From Nemertoderma westbladi (Eukaryota > Animalia > Xenacoelomorpha), in the NCBI GenBank assembly GCA_032718475.1, contig JAUCBJ010002939.1:1-43906 (forward strand): a stretch of DNA of 43,906 nt, given 5' to 3'. A program made the translations under genes and the position numbers. Of this stretch, positions 12,514 through 24,524 are shown in pieces. The notes under the pieces are model-generated. The model did not search any database. It had not been told where the DNA came from and was given only the letters and a program-made list of their open reading frames with translations. Positions within the stretch are counted from its first letter, which is position 1. Each line of letters opens with the position of its first letter.

Positions 12514-14424
12514 TGAAAGTATTTACTTTAGGTATACCGGTACCACAGTCGTCTACTGTACGTTACAGGGAAATTCGGGACTGTAGTGTCAGAGGTGCAG
12601 GTAGGTCTGAATGCTGAAGCCTATCTTTTTAAAAAACAATTAAGATTTCCATTACACCAAATTTTAACAGTTTATTAATACTGTAATACAACTGATACAA
12701 TGTACAGTACACTGTAATATTCAATATTCCGGTATACTACTGTACTACAGTTTGTACATACAGACATACAGTTTGTTACGCTACTCTCTGTCTGTCTGTC
12801 TAGGAAACGCTGAATCGACCGGTTCGCGAATTTTGGCCGGTACCGGTGCAGGGCTGCAGGGCAGGCCGGTCAGCCGGTTCTAAAAAACCGGCCTGACCGG
12901 TACCGGTCAGCCGGTAGGTCGGTCTGCAACTGCAGTTTTATGACTGATAAAAAAAATATTGATGACACTCTACACAGCTACATCTGTACATGGAAATTTG
13001 AAAAGTATAATTTTAAGAAGCACTCTAATGCTGTAATGCAGTAATGGGTGGGCGTGGGGGGGGGGGGGGGGGGGTGTGCGCATAGCGCAGAACAGCATAA
13101 CACAAACGCTTTCTATTACATTTGCAGATCTGTACATACAGGCATAGGCCTACGTAATTTGAAAATAAAACCAGAAAACAATATTTTACAACAAATTAAA
13201 TCGCAATAATTTTTCTTGTCCATTTACAGGTTTAAATCACTCATGATGTCCTTTTTTTGACTTTTTATGTCAGTCTGTCAGTAGGCCTAGGCCTATGTCT
13301 TCCAGAAATCTACCGTTAGGCAGTTGAGTTAGGTTCCATGCTACCTGGCTACCGGTTTCTCTACTGCTGTTTTCTTAGGCTGTTAGGCTATCAGTACCGG
13401 TATTACTGCAGTACTGTATTAGTATATCTGTATATCAACTTATTGTAAATTTTCAGTTTGTTCAGTCTCTGAACTTGAACTTGTTTATTAGCGGATTACA
13501 AAGTAAAATAAATACAAATCACAACAGTTAGGTATATGGCTTGTACAACTACAGTACAGTACGACAATCATAGTGCAATTGTTCTGTTTTACACAATATA
13601 GGCAATTTAGTACATAATATAATATACGCAATTTTAGTGTTAAATATTAAATATTTACAACAATGTTCGATGTCCAGTTGAAATAAAATGAATATAGAAG
13701 GTAGGCCTAATTGATACAGAAACTAAGAACATAATTGAATATAATATAATATACAGTATAAGCGTTATAATACTCCAGTTGAATAAAAATAATAAAATGG
13801 TAATGGTATGTTCGATCTTGTTAAAAACTGATAGGTTAAAAATACACAAAAATTATCTGAAAAGAATCCACAAGCAAAATTAATATGAATAGACCAGGTG
13901 CACGTAACAAATAAAAATAAGGACCGTTATTGATACTTAATAAAATAACACATAAATACTGCCATTAACAACTTGCAACAAGAAACATATTAAAGTTCCA
14001 AATGAAAAAATACTAGAGAGGTGGAGACTAGTTTTCCAAAACTACAGTATCTTGATTGTCTGTGGATGTACGAATTATATTTAAATAAAATAATAAGAAA
14101 TAAATATGGATTCGATCTTGTTTAAAATATCCTAAAAAAGTTAAAATAAACTGACACCACATTTTTCACCAAATTAACATATTTACACTAACAAAATATA
14201 TTTAAACTAAAATAATTACAACTGTACAAGATAAAAAGCATGATCCAAGCTTGACGCCCAATGTGTGTAGTGTTATCACCGATAGAAATTAACAAAAAGA
14301 AAAAAAAAATGTAGCCGCTAAGGATAGCCCTAAGAGATAATTACATCTCATTTCCATAGGGATCCCTGTTATAAAAGGTAGATAAAATATAAAGTTTATA
14401 AGTAATAGAAACATAATAAAATCG

Positions 14425-17332
14425 CTATGTTATTGTGAACACCGAGATATCCGTGGATGCAAGTTTATCTAAAAAGTGTTTCTTCAGGTTGTGTTGGAAT
14501 ACGACAAGAGATGGCGCTCGAGTTATTGACCCTGGTAGATCATTCCACAACGAGGGCCCATAGTATGAGAATGTAGACTGGCCGTGGACGGTGTGTCTCT
14601 GTGGGATTTCCGCACGTATATGTGGCCCCCGAAGATTCATTGCACCTTGATTAAAGGAAACTAGCTCCAAGAGGTATGATGGAGCTTGCAAGTGTAAAAC
14701 TTTATACATATACGACAGTATTTTAGAATAGCACCTTTCCCTTAATGGAAGCCAGTTTATATCCTTGAAGTGGACCGGGCCGATGTGATCACGAGACCCT
14801 ATACCCAGGCAGAAACGAATGCATTTTCGTTGGAGAGCCTCCAACTGAGTTCGCAATTTGGAAGAGATAGTCAAGAACCAGCAGCTAGAGGCGTAGTCCA
14901 TATGGGGCTGGATGAGGGCCATGCAGAGTAGTCGACGGGAATGGCGATCGAGAACTCCTCCATTGCGGTGAAGAAATTTTAGACGGCTGTTTCCCTTTTT
15001 AATTATTTTTTGAGCCATATTCTCACCTGCAAGAGTGTCATCGAGTTCTGCTCCGAGATAGGTTACCGCATCCTTCACCGGTATATCAATGCCGCCGCAT
15101 TTAACTTGCAGTTTCGGAGCTGATGCTAACCTCTGATGTGTACCAAAACAAATTGCCTGGGTTTTCTTGAAATTTATGCTAAGGCGATTATCATTACACC
15201 AATCGTACACAGCATCCATATTCTCTGACAGGACGCGAGATAGTTCATCCACATCAGAATTTGAGTACAATAAGCTGGTATCATCGGCAAACATTGGGGC
15301 TGCAATTTCTATAGCTTGTGAAATGTCATTGGTATGGTCACCGAATAAATCGGGCCCCAAAATCGAACCTTGAGGAACTCCAATGTCAATTTGGCTTCTT
15401 TCCGATTCTACACCATTAATACTCACAAACTGCTGTCTACCCTTCAGGTACGATTTCATCCATCTTGTAGTGCTATCAGAGAATCCCATAAGTTTGAGTT
15501 TGGCTAGCAGTGTGGAATGATCTATGGTGTCGAACGCCTTGCTGAGGTCTATTAGAACCATACCTGTAAGATGGCCTTTCTCAATACCTTCTCGGATGAA
15601 GTTGTCTACATAGATTAGGGTAGTCTCAGTCGAATATCCACGCCGAAATCCAGACTGAAGTTTATTAGCGATCCCACTTGTTGCTATATATTCCGCATGC
15701 TGGTTGTGGACGACCCTTTCAAGAATCTTCGATAAAATTGGCAGGAGAGAAATCGGTCTGTTATTTTCCTTTTCTAGAGCATTTCTAGAACTTTTTTTAA
15801 TAGGCTTGACTTTGGCGGTTTTGTAATTGTCAGGAAAAGTGCTGGTTTTGATCGAAGTATTAACTATGTGTGTTATAGGTCACTGCGGATGAAGTTGTCT
15901 ACATAGATTAGGGTAGTCTCAGTCGAATATCCACGCCGAAATCCAGACTGAAGTTTATTAGCGATCCCACTTGTTGCTATATATTCCGCATGCTGGTTGT
16001 GGACGACCCTTTCAAGAATCTTCGATAAAATTGGCAGGAGAGAAATCGGTCTGTTATTTTCCTTTTCTAGAGCATTTCTAGAACTTTTTTTAATAGGCTT
16101 GACTTTGGCGGTTTTGTAATTTTCAGGAAAAGTGCTGGTTTTGATCGAAGTATTAACTATGTGTGTTATAGGTCACTGCAATCCTTTATTATTCGTGCTG
16201 GAATTCCATCTGCGCCTGTACTTTTGCTTGTATCAATTTCCTGGATAATTGACTCTATTTCTTGTTCAGTTATTTCGGAAAGAGTAAATGTTTCCTGACT
16301 GGTTCCCATGTTTTGGTAATAATCCCTTGTAGCCTCGTATCCAAATCGTCCTGTAGGAGATGGTAATTTCGATTCCAAGGATTTTGCAACATTTGAAAAA
16401 TACTCGTTAAAACAGTTGCTTATTAGTTTTGGGTCACGTGATATTACACCATCTATTATCAATCCTGGACTGGCAGAATCAGCTGTTTGTGTCTTTTTGG
16501 AAGGCATGCCAAGTGATTTGAAAATTTTCCAAAGGTCTTTGGGATTGTTTTTAGAAGATTGTACTTTTGCTTTGATATATTCTGCTTTTTTGAAACGTAT
16601 TAAACTAGTTACTTTATTCCGAATTTTTTAGAAATCATCTTCATTGGCTTTTGCTTGGTGAAAAACAAGTGTAGCTTTGTGGCGTTTTGTAATGGCATCG
16701 CGAACCTCATTATCCATCCATGACTCGCTTCGGTGTTTAACCCTCACTGATCTTGGCGGCGCTAAACGGTCAATTATATTTTTGAGTTCATCAGATAGCT
16801 GCCTTGCTGCATCATTGACATCTGTCTGAGATGTTACTCCCTGGATAACGGTGTTTGTTCTTGTGTTTGCCAGCATTATATCTTTATTATAGTTTTTATA
16901 ATTTCGACAAATGATTTCTTTGTGGTGATTTATGGGTATTTTAACCTTCTTACGGGTACAGAATATCAGGTAGTGGTCACTCATTCTTAGTTTAATAACA
17001 CCACTTTGGCTTACCATATTCATATTTGAGACAAATACATGATCAATTATGGTACTTGAAGTTTCCGTGACACGCGTATACTCAGTTATTATTTGCTTCA
17101 GACTAAGAGATCTGCAGAAGTGTGCTAGTTTATGGGGTGTAGCAGTATCTTCAGTTACCGGTAATGTTATCGTTGCTTGGTTTCCAGTTTCCATGACATC
17201 GGGTAATGTTGATACCGGTAACCCCCTGGGCTTTGAAGTGTCCGTATTTGTGTCTCCCAATATATAAACTTCGTGATACGATGATATGTCTCCAAGAGTA
17301 TCCTCTATGTTTTCAAAAAAAGTCGTATCTGT
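14425..17332 (-). pseudogene. Disrupted LINE ORF2 (endonuclease-reverse transcriptase)
   Basis: ORF pieces 16628-17389, 16166-16507 and 14425-15561 are one ORF2 broken by an in-frame stop at 16628-16630, a frameshift near 16168 and a 293-bp tandem duplication. Confidence 0.9.
15593..16179. repeat. 293-bp tandem duplication inside the LINE RT
   Basis: CGGATGAAGTTGTC...ATAGGTCACTGC begins at 15593 and again at 15886; one substitution seen (AATTGTCAGG vs AATTTTCAGG). Confidence 0.95.
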
Positions 17333-17680
17333 GAAAACTAGATTATTCCGTGCATTCATTACACCTCTGTCCTCTATACTGTAACGCATTATGGTCTCAT
17401 AGTAATTACTCGTCGTCAGTATATAATAGGATTAGGGCTGTAGGGTGGCTTACAACCTGACAACAACGCGGCAAGAAAGTTATTTTCAATTCCTCCGCTG
17501 TCTATTATGTCACTATTTTTTGGTTCTCACAATTTGCCTTGTTTTGTGCACGTACGTCACCACTCTGTAACCAGTTTATTCTCTAGAATTGAATCATCCG
17601 CCAATCATGTTGTAGGCCATATTTTTCGTTGTACCGTAGGCTCAAGACTACAGTCCATGCGCAATAGTTCCTTACTATTT

Positions 17681-19872
17681 CAGTAGGGAACACATGCCCG
17701 AATTGGCAGCACAGACGCACTGCCATTTTTGAAAAATGCACTGCCATATTAGGCAGTTTTACCCTAAATTTCGGATAAAATGTGAATTTTTATCAACTTC
17801 CTGCAGGAAGGGCCCCATTTTTATTTCATTGGATGAAAATATGATATATATTGGAGGTAAATACAAAATGTAGTAAGAGTTTCATGGTTGGGTTTTGGAG
17901 ATATTTGACATTGAAAATTGCAAGTCAAAAACATGCACTGCCTAAAATGGCAGTTATGGTAGGCCTATTGAATTAATTCCTTCTGCCTGACTGTAGGAGA
18001 GCTGGAGAGCCTGGCAATGCCAGGCATCCTTCAGTCCTTCAGAGTTTATCTATCTCTGTCTGTACTGTATCTGCTAAACAGCCTATCTATCTACAGTATA
18101 TAAGACTATCTTTTTGAAAGCAATTTATATATTTTATTTTTGTTAGTTATTCAGTTAACTGATTAACAATTTACACAGTCACTGACAGCTGGACAGGTAA
18201 TTTATTAATATATTTATTCTACTGTATAAAATATTAATATACAGGTATGTGTGGCCATTATAACAATATGTATTATAGGCCTATAGTTTGTTAATATTAA
18301 AAGTTACAGTTCGCTAATGATAAAATTTATGTTTATTGACTGATTGATATGGTAACTGATAATTATTGATAGTAAATATTTAGTAATAAAATCATTAGGC
18401 CTAATACTGTAATATATATTTAAAACTGTCATATCTTTAAGGGGTCTGTACAGAAATTTACCTCCCCTTGATAAATTTATTGTTTAATAATTTATGAATG
18501 TAGAGAGAAATTTCTTATAAGGCACTGTTTAAGGATTAACTGACAGACTGATAGGCATTAGGCCTATTTGTTAACAAAATACAAATTACTGTATAAGAAG
18601 TCATCATCAGATCATTAGTAAGAAATAATTAAATCCAATTTAGATACTAAAAAATAGTCTATAGGCCTATTTAGATTTACACATTCACACACAAAATTTA
18701 TATAATAAACTAGTATTTTGATACAGTACAGCAGTATGACTTACCGGCTGACCAGTAATCTAAAATTGATATAAATCAATTAATTGTAAATTGATACAGT
18801 ATTATGTTGGTTTTACAGTAGATGGAAAACGTAAAATAGCCCTATAGATAGAGTGAGCCTCAATGAGTAAAACCAACATAAATATAAAATAATAATAAAG
18901 ATAAAGATAATATATTCTAACAAACACATGTTGCAACAGTATATTTTTTCAAAGCATAATTTGATACTAATGTTTTTGTGTACAAGTACAATAGGCTGGC
19001 TGTGAGTGGCTGGATAGAATAAACGTTAATAGTAAAACATGTAGAGTAAAACAAACAAGTAAAACAAACATAATACTGAATATCTAAAATATAAAAATAT
19101 TACAAATTAAAAATTAAAATTAACAAGCTAATATTGCGATAGTAGGCCTATAAATTAAGCTAAAACTGAGATGAGCGTTTATGTTTACAATAGGCAATAG
19201 GAGTTGAGTACGTAGATTAAAACACATACAAAGTCATACATTCGACAATAGTAATGGTAAGGGATATAGAGAATGTAATACAAACCAACATACCATATAC
19301 AGATATAATATTTACAAATTCAGGAGAAAAATGATCGGGTCTTTCTTTTTCCAACTTTCCCAGTCTACTGGTGTTTCAAACTGTGAAAAATTGATTTATA
19401 AAATCCAGAAATCTGTTGAATATTGGTTATTTATATATATATTGTTTCCATCAGAATTGCTGAATTGTATGTAATGCTGAACAGCTGAATGCATTTTCTG
19501 ATTTTGCACTGCCATTTTAAGCATTGCACTGCTAGTTAAAACAGTAGGCTGTTATATTAAGCTGTTAAGCAGAACACTGCTATTTTGGGCAGTGCATGCT
19601 TTTGACTAGAAATTTTAAAAGTCTGATGTCTCTAAAACCCAACTGTGAAAGTCTACCAAACTTTCTATTTACCTTGCAATACATATTATATCTTCTCATA
19701 TCATATATATCATATATATATATCATATCATCCCATGAAATAAAAAAGGGGCCCTTCGAGCGGGAAGTTAATAAAAATTGACATTTTATCAGAAATTTAG
19801 GCTAAAACTGCCTAATATGGCAGTGCATTTTGCAAAGTCTGCACTGCCTGTTTGGGCATGTGTTCCCTACTG
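17681..19872. mobile_element. Non-autonomous DNA transposon, ~280-bp imperfect TIRs, CAG...CTG termini, 5-bp TSD TATTT
   Basis: TATTT|CAGTAGGGAACACATGCCC ... GGGCATGTGTTCCCTACTG|TATTT; repeated GCACTGCC subterminal motifs; no coding remnant seen. Confidence 0.82.
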
Positions 19873-20149
19873 TATTTTGATTATTAACGATTAGACTAGG
19901 CCTACTTTACTTACCATAGGGCCTAATACAGTAATATCTGAATATAAAATATGTGATATTTTTCATTCTACTTTAGTTCAGTAGTTACTTTCTACCGTAT
20001 AGTAGTTACCTTATAGTCTGTTAGTTACACTATATTTAATATTTGTGCTATTATTATGTACTGTACACTGATATGAACCATAGTCGGTTTGGTGTAAGTA
20101 AATAAATTAATAAAAAAAAATAAAAAAAATCAGTATATATAGAGCACTA

Positions 20150-22089
20150 TTTTGCAGTATTGCTGCATTGTATGTAGGTATAAAACCTACCTATGCCTTA
20201 CTGACTACAGGACTAGGGCCTAGTTTATTATATAGGCCTAAATTTTGTGTGTGAACGTGTAAATCTAAATATAGGACTATTTTTTCGTATCTAAATTGGA
20301 TTTAATTATTTCTCACTAATGATCTGATGATGACTTCTTACTGTCTTATACCTGTATACAGTGATTTGTATTTTGTTAATGCAGTAATGGGTGCCTTATA
20401 AAAAATTTCTTTCAACATCCATAAATTATTAAACAATAAATTAATCAAGGGGAGGTAAATTTCTGTATGGAACCCCTTAAAGATATGACAGTTTTAAATA
20501 TGATACATATTAATGATTTTATTACTAAATTTTTACTATCAATAATTATCAGTTACCATATCAATCAGTCAATAAACATTAATTTTATCATTAGGTTACA
20601 GTGGTAGCCAGAAGGAACCAAAACAATAAACGATTAGAAAAAAATAAAATTCTAATTTTTTGTGTGATTTGGTGTTTGGTGTGATTTGGTCAATTTTGTG
20701 TGATTTGGGTGTTTAGACGGACCGGCCTATAGGCCTAATACATTGTTATGGCCACATATATATTAATATTTTATAGGCCTACAGTCTGACAGTAGGCCTA
20801 TAATAAATATATTAATAAATTACCTGTCACTGACTGTGTAAATTGTTAGGCGTAACCCATAACCAGTTAATTGAACATTGAATAAGTAACAAAAACAAAA
20901 TATATAAATTGCTTTCAAAAGGATAGGCATAGGCCTATATATATACTGTAGGTACAGATAGCTGGATAGATAGGCTGTTTAGCAGATACAGTACAGACAG
21001 AGATAGATAAACTTTGAAGGACTGAAGGATGCCTGGCACCTATATGGAATACTGACAAAAAGCGCGCCACATGCGTTCTGGTTAAACGAAAATCGCGCCA
21101 GTCATGATATCTAATGCGCGCCAAGCCAACAATTGACTATGAAATTTTGCAGTAATTGCTTAAATGTAATAATTTATCAGTTTATAATTCTGTAGCCCTA
21201 CAGTATGTTAACATTTAAATGCGAGCGTAGCGAGCACGGAAATTCTGCTGAATCATGCAGGCTGTCATGGTTTTATTGGTTTGAAGAATCTGACAGTCTG
21301 ACAATTGAAAAACTTTTGAAACAATAAGTCATGTTTTTAATGGTCATGCTCAATCTGTCCGTTTCCATTTGTCCACAGCCAGACAGTACTAAGAGTAGAC
21401 TTGCAGTATAAACGCGAGCGAAGCGAGCGGACATTTTTCAATCTTTTTAAACCTATGGAATAATTTCAAATAGAGCTGTAGAGTGGGATGTGTTGCTAGT
21501 CTGCTAGTGCACTGCTACGCTACCTCCTACTGTCCTAACCTAACCCTACATCGCTACATCCATATTCGCGCCAGGACCGCCAGGATCCTCAATGCGCGCC
21601 ACACGCCCCTGTCACTACGCGCCAGGATCCTTAATCCGCGCCACACGCCCCTGTCACTACGCGCCAGGATCCTTAATCCGCGCCACACATGTTGAGCAAA
21701 CTCTACATAAATTCCAACCTGGGCCTGGCATTGCCAGGCTCTCCTACATTCTGACATTCAGACAGTAGGAATTAATTCAATAGCATAACTGCCATTTTAG
21801 GCAGTGCATGTTTTTGACTTGCAATTTTCAATGTCAAATTCTCAAATATCTCTAAAACCCAACCATGAGACTCTTACCACATTTTGTATTTACCTCCAAC
21901 AGTCCAATATATATCATATTTTCATCCAATGAAATAAAAATGGTGAATGGGGCCCTTCCAGCGGGATGTTGATAAAAATTCACATTTTATCCGATATTTA
22001 GGGTAAAACTGCCTAATATGGCAGTGCATTTTTCAAAAATGGCAGTGCGCCTGTGCTGCCAATTCGGGCATGTGTTCCCTTCCCTACCG
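20150..22089 (-). mobile_element. Inverted partial second copy of the 17681 element, with nested insertions
   Basis: 21723-22089 and ~20150-21038 align in reverse to ~17681-18740. Confidence 0.85.
21039..21722. mobile_element. 684-bp nested insertion with 8-bp TSD GCCTGGCA
   Basis: TSDs at 21031-21038 and 21723-21730; the empty site is seen in copy 1 (~18010-18029). Imperfect termini CCTATATGGAAT / CCAGGTTGGAAT; internal 42-bp CGCGCC-rich tandem at ~21578-21690. Confidence 0.8.
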
Positions 22090-22559
22090 TCAGTATAGTA
22101 TACCCGGTACTGTATACGGGTATATATATATCAACGACACAATGATTAAGATAATGACAGATATACGATATACTGTATTGTGCACAGTCTGACAGTGCAA
22201 ATTACTTACCGGTACATTAATTGGACACAATTATTTACTTTCAGTTTGTGATAGGCAGATAGGCCTATGGTTTGTGATTTGGTTTGGCTGGTGTGATTTG
22301 GGCATGTTGGGTGTTTAGACTGTTACATGGACGATGGCAGGATGGACCGGACCCCCATCAACCCACTGGCCCATAGAAGTATAGAACTGTAGATGGTTTG
22401 TTGGATGCTTGATACTTTTTGTGGACAATTCAGCAATATACTATAATTAGTGTCTGTTCGGGAACGGAATACTGGAATATACGGATATAATACCTGAAGC
22501 AACTTCGGCCTACGGCCTCAGTCTGTCAGTAGTTATAGCTATAGGAACAGATTAATTTG

Positions 22560-22800
22560 ATCGTTTGTCGGTTAATCAGATCGTTTATTGTTTTGGTTAG
22601 AAAAGCGTGCCTCTGTAACCTGTTCCCTTCCCTCAATTGGTAACAACATCGTTTATTGTTTTGGTTAGATAAGCCTGCCTCTGTAACCTGTCAGCCTGTT
22701 CCTTTCCCTCAATTGGCATGATTGGTAACAATATCGTTTATTGTTTTGGTTATAAAACCCAGCCTCTGCAACCTGTTCCTTTCCCTCAATTGGTAGCAAT
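22560..22800. repeat. Three-four tandem ~70-85-bp units (ATCGTTTATTGTTTTGGTTA...CTCTGTAACCTGTTCC..CCCTCAATTGG), dispersed family
   Basis: Inverted relatives at ~20594-20635 and ~24056-24118. Confidence 0.8.
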
Positions 22801-22869
22801 ATTCTTAATATTACTGTATTAGGCGTATAGGCCTATAATTTTAGTTCTATATTAGGCCTATTAAATTTT

Positions 22870-23183
22870 TTCTCGATTTTTTTCGCGAAATGCCATTCTT
22901 CCCGAAAATATCAGAGTGTTTTCCCACGGAGACCGGCTAAACCGGTAGTTACTGGAATTTTGAAAAATAAAGTCTGAGTCTTTTCTCAGAGAGACTTGTT
23001 TTCGAGCAAAACAATTATATCCACGGGTAAGGATTACGTTGAATAATATTCCATAAAATAAACAATTTATCTCCAATTTTAACCTGCCAGGCAGCTGACT
23101 GATATAGAAAGAAATGCCTTCATTATCGCGAAAAGTTGCAGTGGATTTGTTGCCTGCAACCTAAACTTTCATGCTGAGCGGAC
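22870..23183 (+). promoter_or_regulatory. Candidate promoter/5' UTR of the SH3BP5L gene
   Basis: Unique CpG-containing stretch directly upstream of ATG 23184, with E2F-like TTTCGCGAAA (22881) and TCGCGAAAA (~23127). Transcription start not determinable. Confidence 0.35.
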
Positions 23184-23329
23184 ATGTCAATTTCTTCAAA
23201 TGAAAGTTTAATTGAGGAGAACGTCGAAGTGTTGGACCCGAGGCAGAAAAGAATAGAAATCGAACTCGAGAAGTTAAACTCAACGAGCGATAAAGTGAAC
23301 CTATTGGAGAACGAACTTGATTCCCGCAG
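23184..23329 (+). CDS. SH3BP5L: SH3 domain-binding protein 5-like (parcas/REI-1 family Rab11 GEF), coding exon 1
   Basis: MSISSNESLIEENVEVLDPRQKRIEIELEKLNSTSDKVNLLENELDSR(R) fits the family's DPRIxxELEKLN..IN..E.EL motif; in-frame upstream stop; donor AG|GTTTGT, phase 2. Not in the ORF track. Confidence 0.85.
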
Positions 23330-24371
23330 GTTTGTTTTTGTTAGGCCTACATAGGTACCGCGATCTATTTACAGAATATTTGTAAACAATATGCAATAGG
23401 CCTACCCTACCGGTACGCATTAATATTTAATTTAAGTAGGCCTACGGTACGACTTACGACTATTCAAGGGTGCGATGAGATTGAGATTAAGATTATGTAG
23501 GGCCTATTGCACGATAATAGTCGACACAGTGTAAATATGCAGACATACCGGTAAATATGGCGAATTAATACAAATACTGCATAGGGCTATAACTTACACC
23601 TTTATATAAATTTACATACATAAAAAGTTAAAATTATTGTGCTGCTGGGGATAGCCTCATGAGTTATTCAACTTGTTTCCATGAGGGTCCCCAAGGAAAG
23701 AGTTCATGAGGGCAATAAGTCAATATGAAGTAAAATCAATATTAAAATACATCTTTTAGTCGATATCATTGGATAATGTAGCTAAAAACCATGTTCAATA
23801 TTCAAAATAAGCTTCAATTTAAATAAGTACCGGTAACCTACACAAAATGATTTATTTGCGGTAAAAATGTTTGACTGTCTGATTAACACTGCAAAGCATT
23901 CTAAAAGCTAAAAATGGGTTAAAAATTGTTAAAAAGTTTGAAAAAACTATAAAACTTTACAATCAGGCCTATCTATGCTGAGTTTACAAAGTAGAAGTTG
24001 GGGAATTTCGGGTTTGGTACCCCCGGATGCAATTTTTTTCCGTCATTTTTATATATACCAATTGAGGGAAAGGATCAGGTTACATATGCGCTTTTCTAAC
24101 CAAAACAATAAGCGATCACTTTACCAGGGTACTAAAGTGCTATTTCACTGGCTGGCTTACTGGTGGGTACCAAACCCGATAGAGCTAAAAGTTGTGCTTA
24201 GAAATGTTTAAACGTCGAAATGTGAAGTGCAGACAATGAATATGAAGTGAAACCCAATCATACATAGTAGATAGATACAATAAGAATTCAAATTAAAAAA
24301 ATTAAATGTTTAGCCGCTGGTAGTTTAATAATGTCCCCCTTATGTGGTTTATTATTTATTTATTTTTCCAG

Positions 24372-24524
24372 GTCGACGTTCAAACGATATCTGAACAATT
24401 TTACTGTGAATCTTAAAGAAATCGCTAACAATTTGGGTTCCGCCGTCGAGAAATCGCGATTGTATTACGAAGCGGAGGCGCATAGCAGAGAGGCTCATCT
24501 AGAGACACAACGTGCTGCCGTCAA
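24372..24524 (+). CDS. SH3BP5L: SH3BP5-like, coding exon 2
   Basis: Acceptor TTTTTCCAG|; STFKRYLNNFTVNLKEIANNLGSAVEKSRLYYEAEAHSREAHLETQRAAV (LG..VEK.R.YYEA motif); donor AA|GTAAGA; 153 nt, phase 2-2. Confidence 0.92.

Larger units (their letters stand above)
13470..17332 (-). mobile_element. 5'-truncated CR1/L2-group (Crack/Daphne-like) LINE
   Basis: APE endonuclease C-terminal half (ILGDTN, TRVT..STIIDHVF, SDHYLIF), RT motifs (RPISLLP, QSGFR, DLSKAFD, GVPQGSILGP, FADD). Candidate 3' end AATAAAC(AAGTTC)2 on - at ~13470-13489; that boundary is less certain. Confidence 0.9.

Noticed and set aside
21530-21550. Telomere-like CCTAAC/CCCTAA
   Set aside because: Only 2-3 imperfect units inside a nested transposon.
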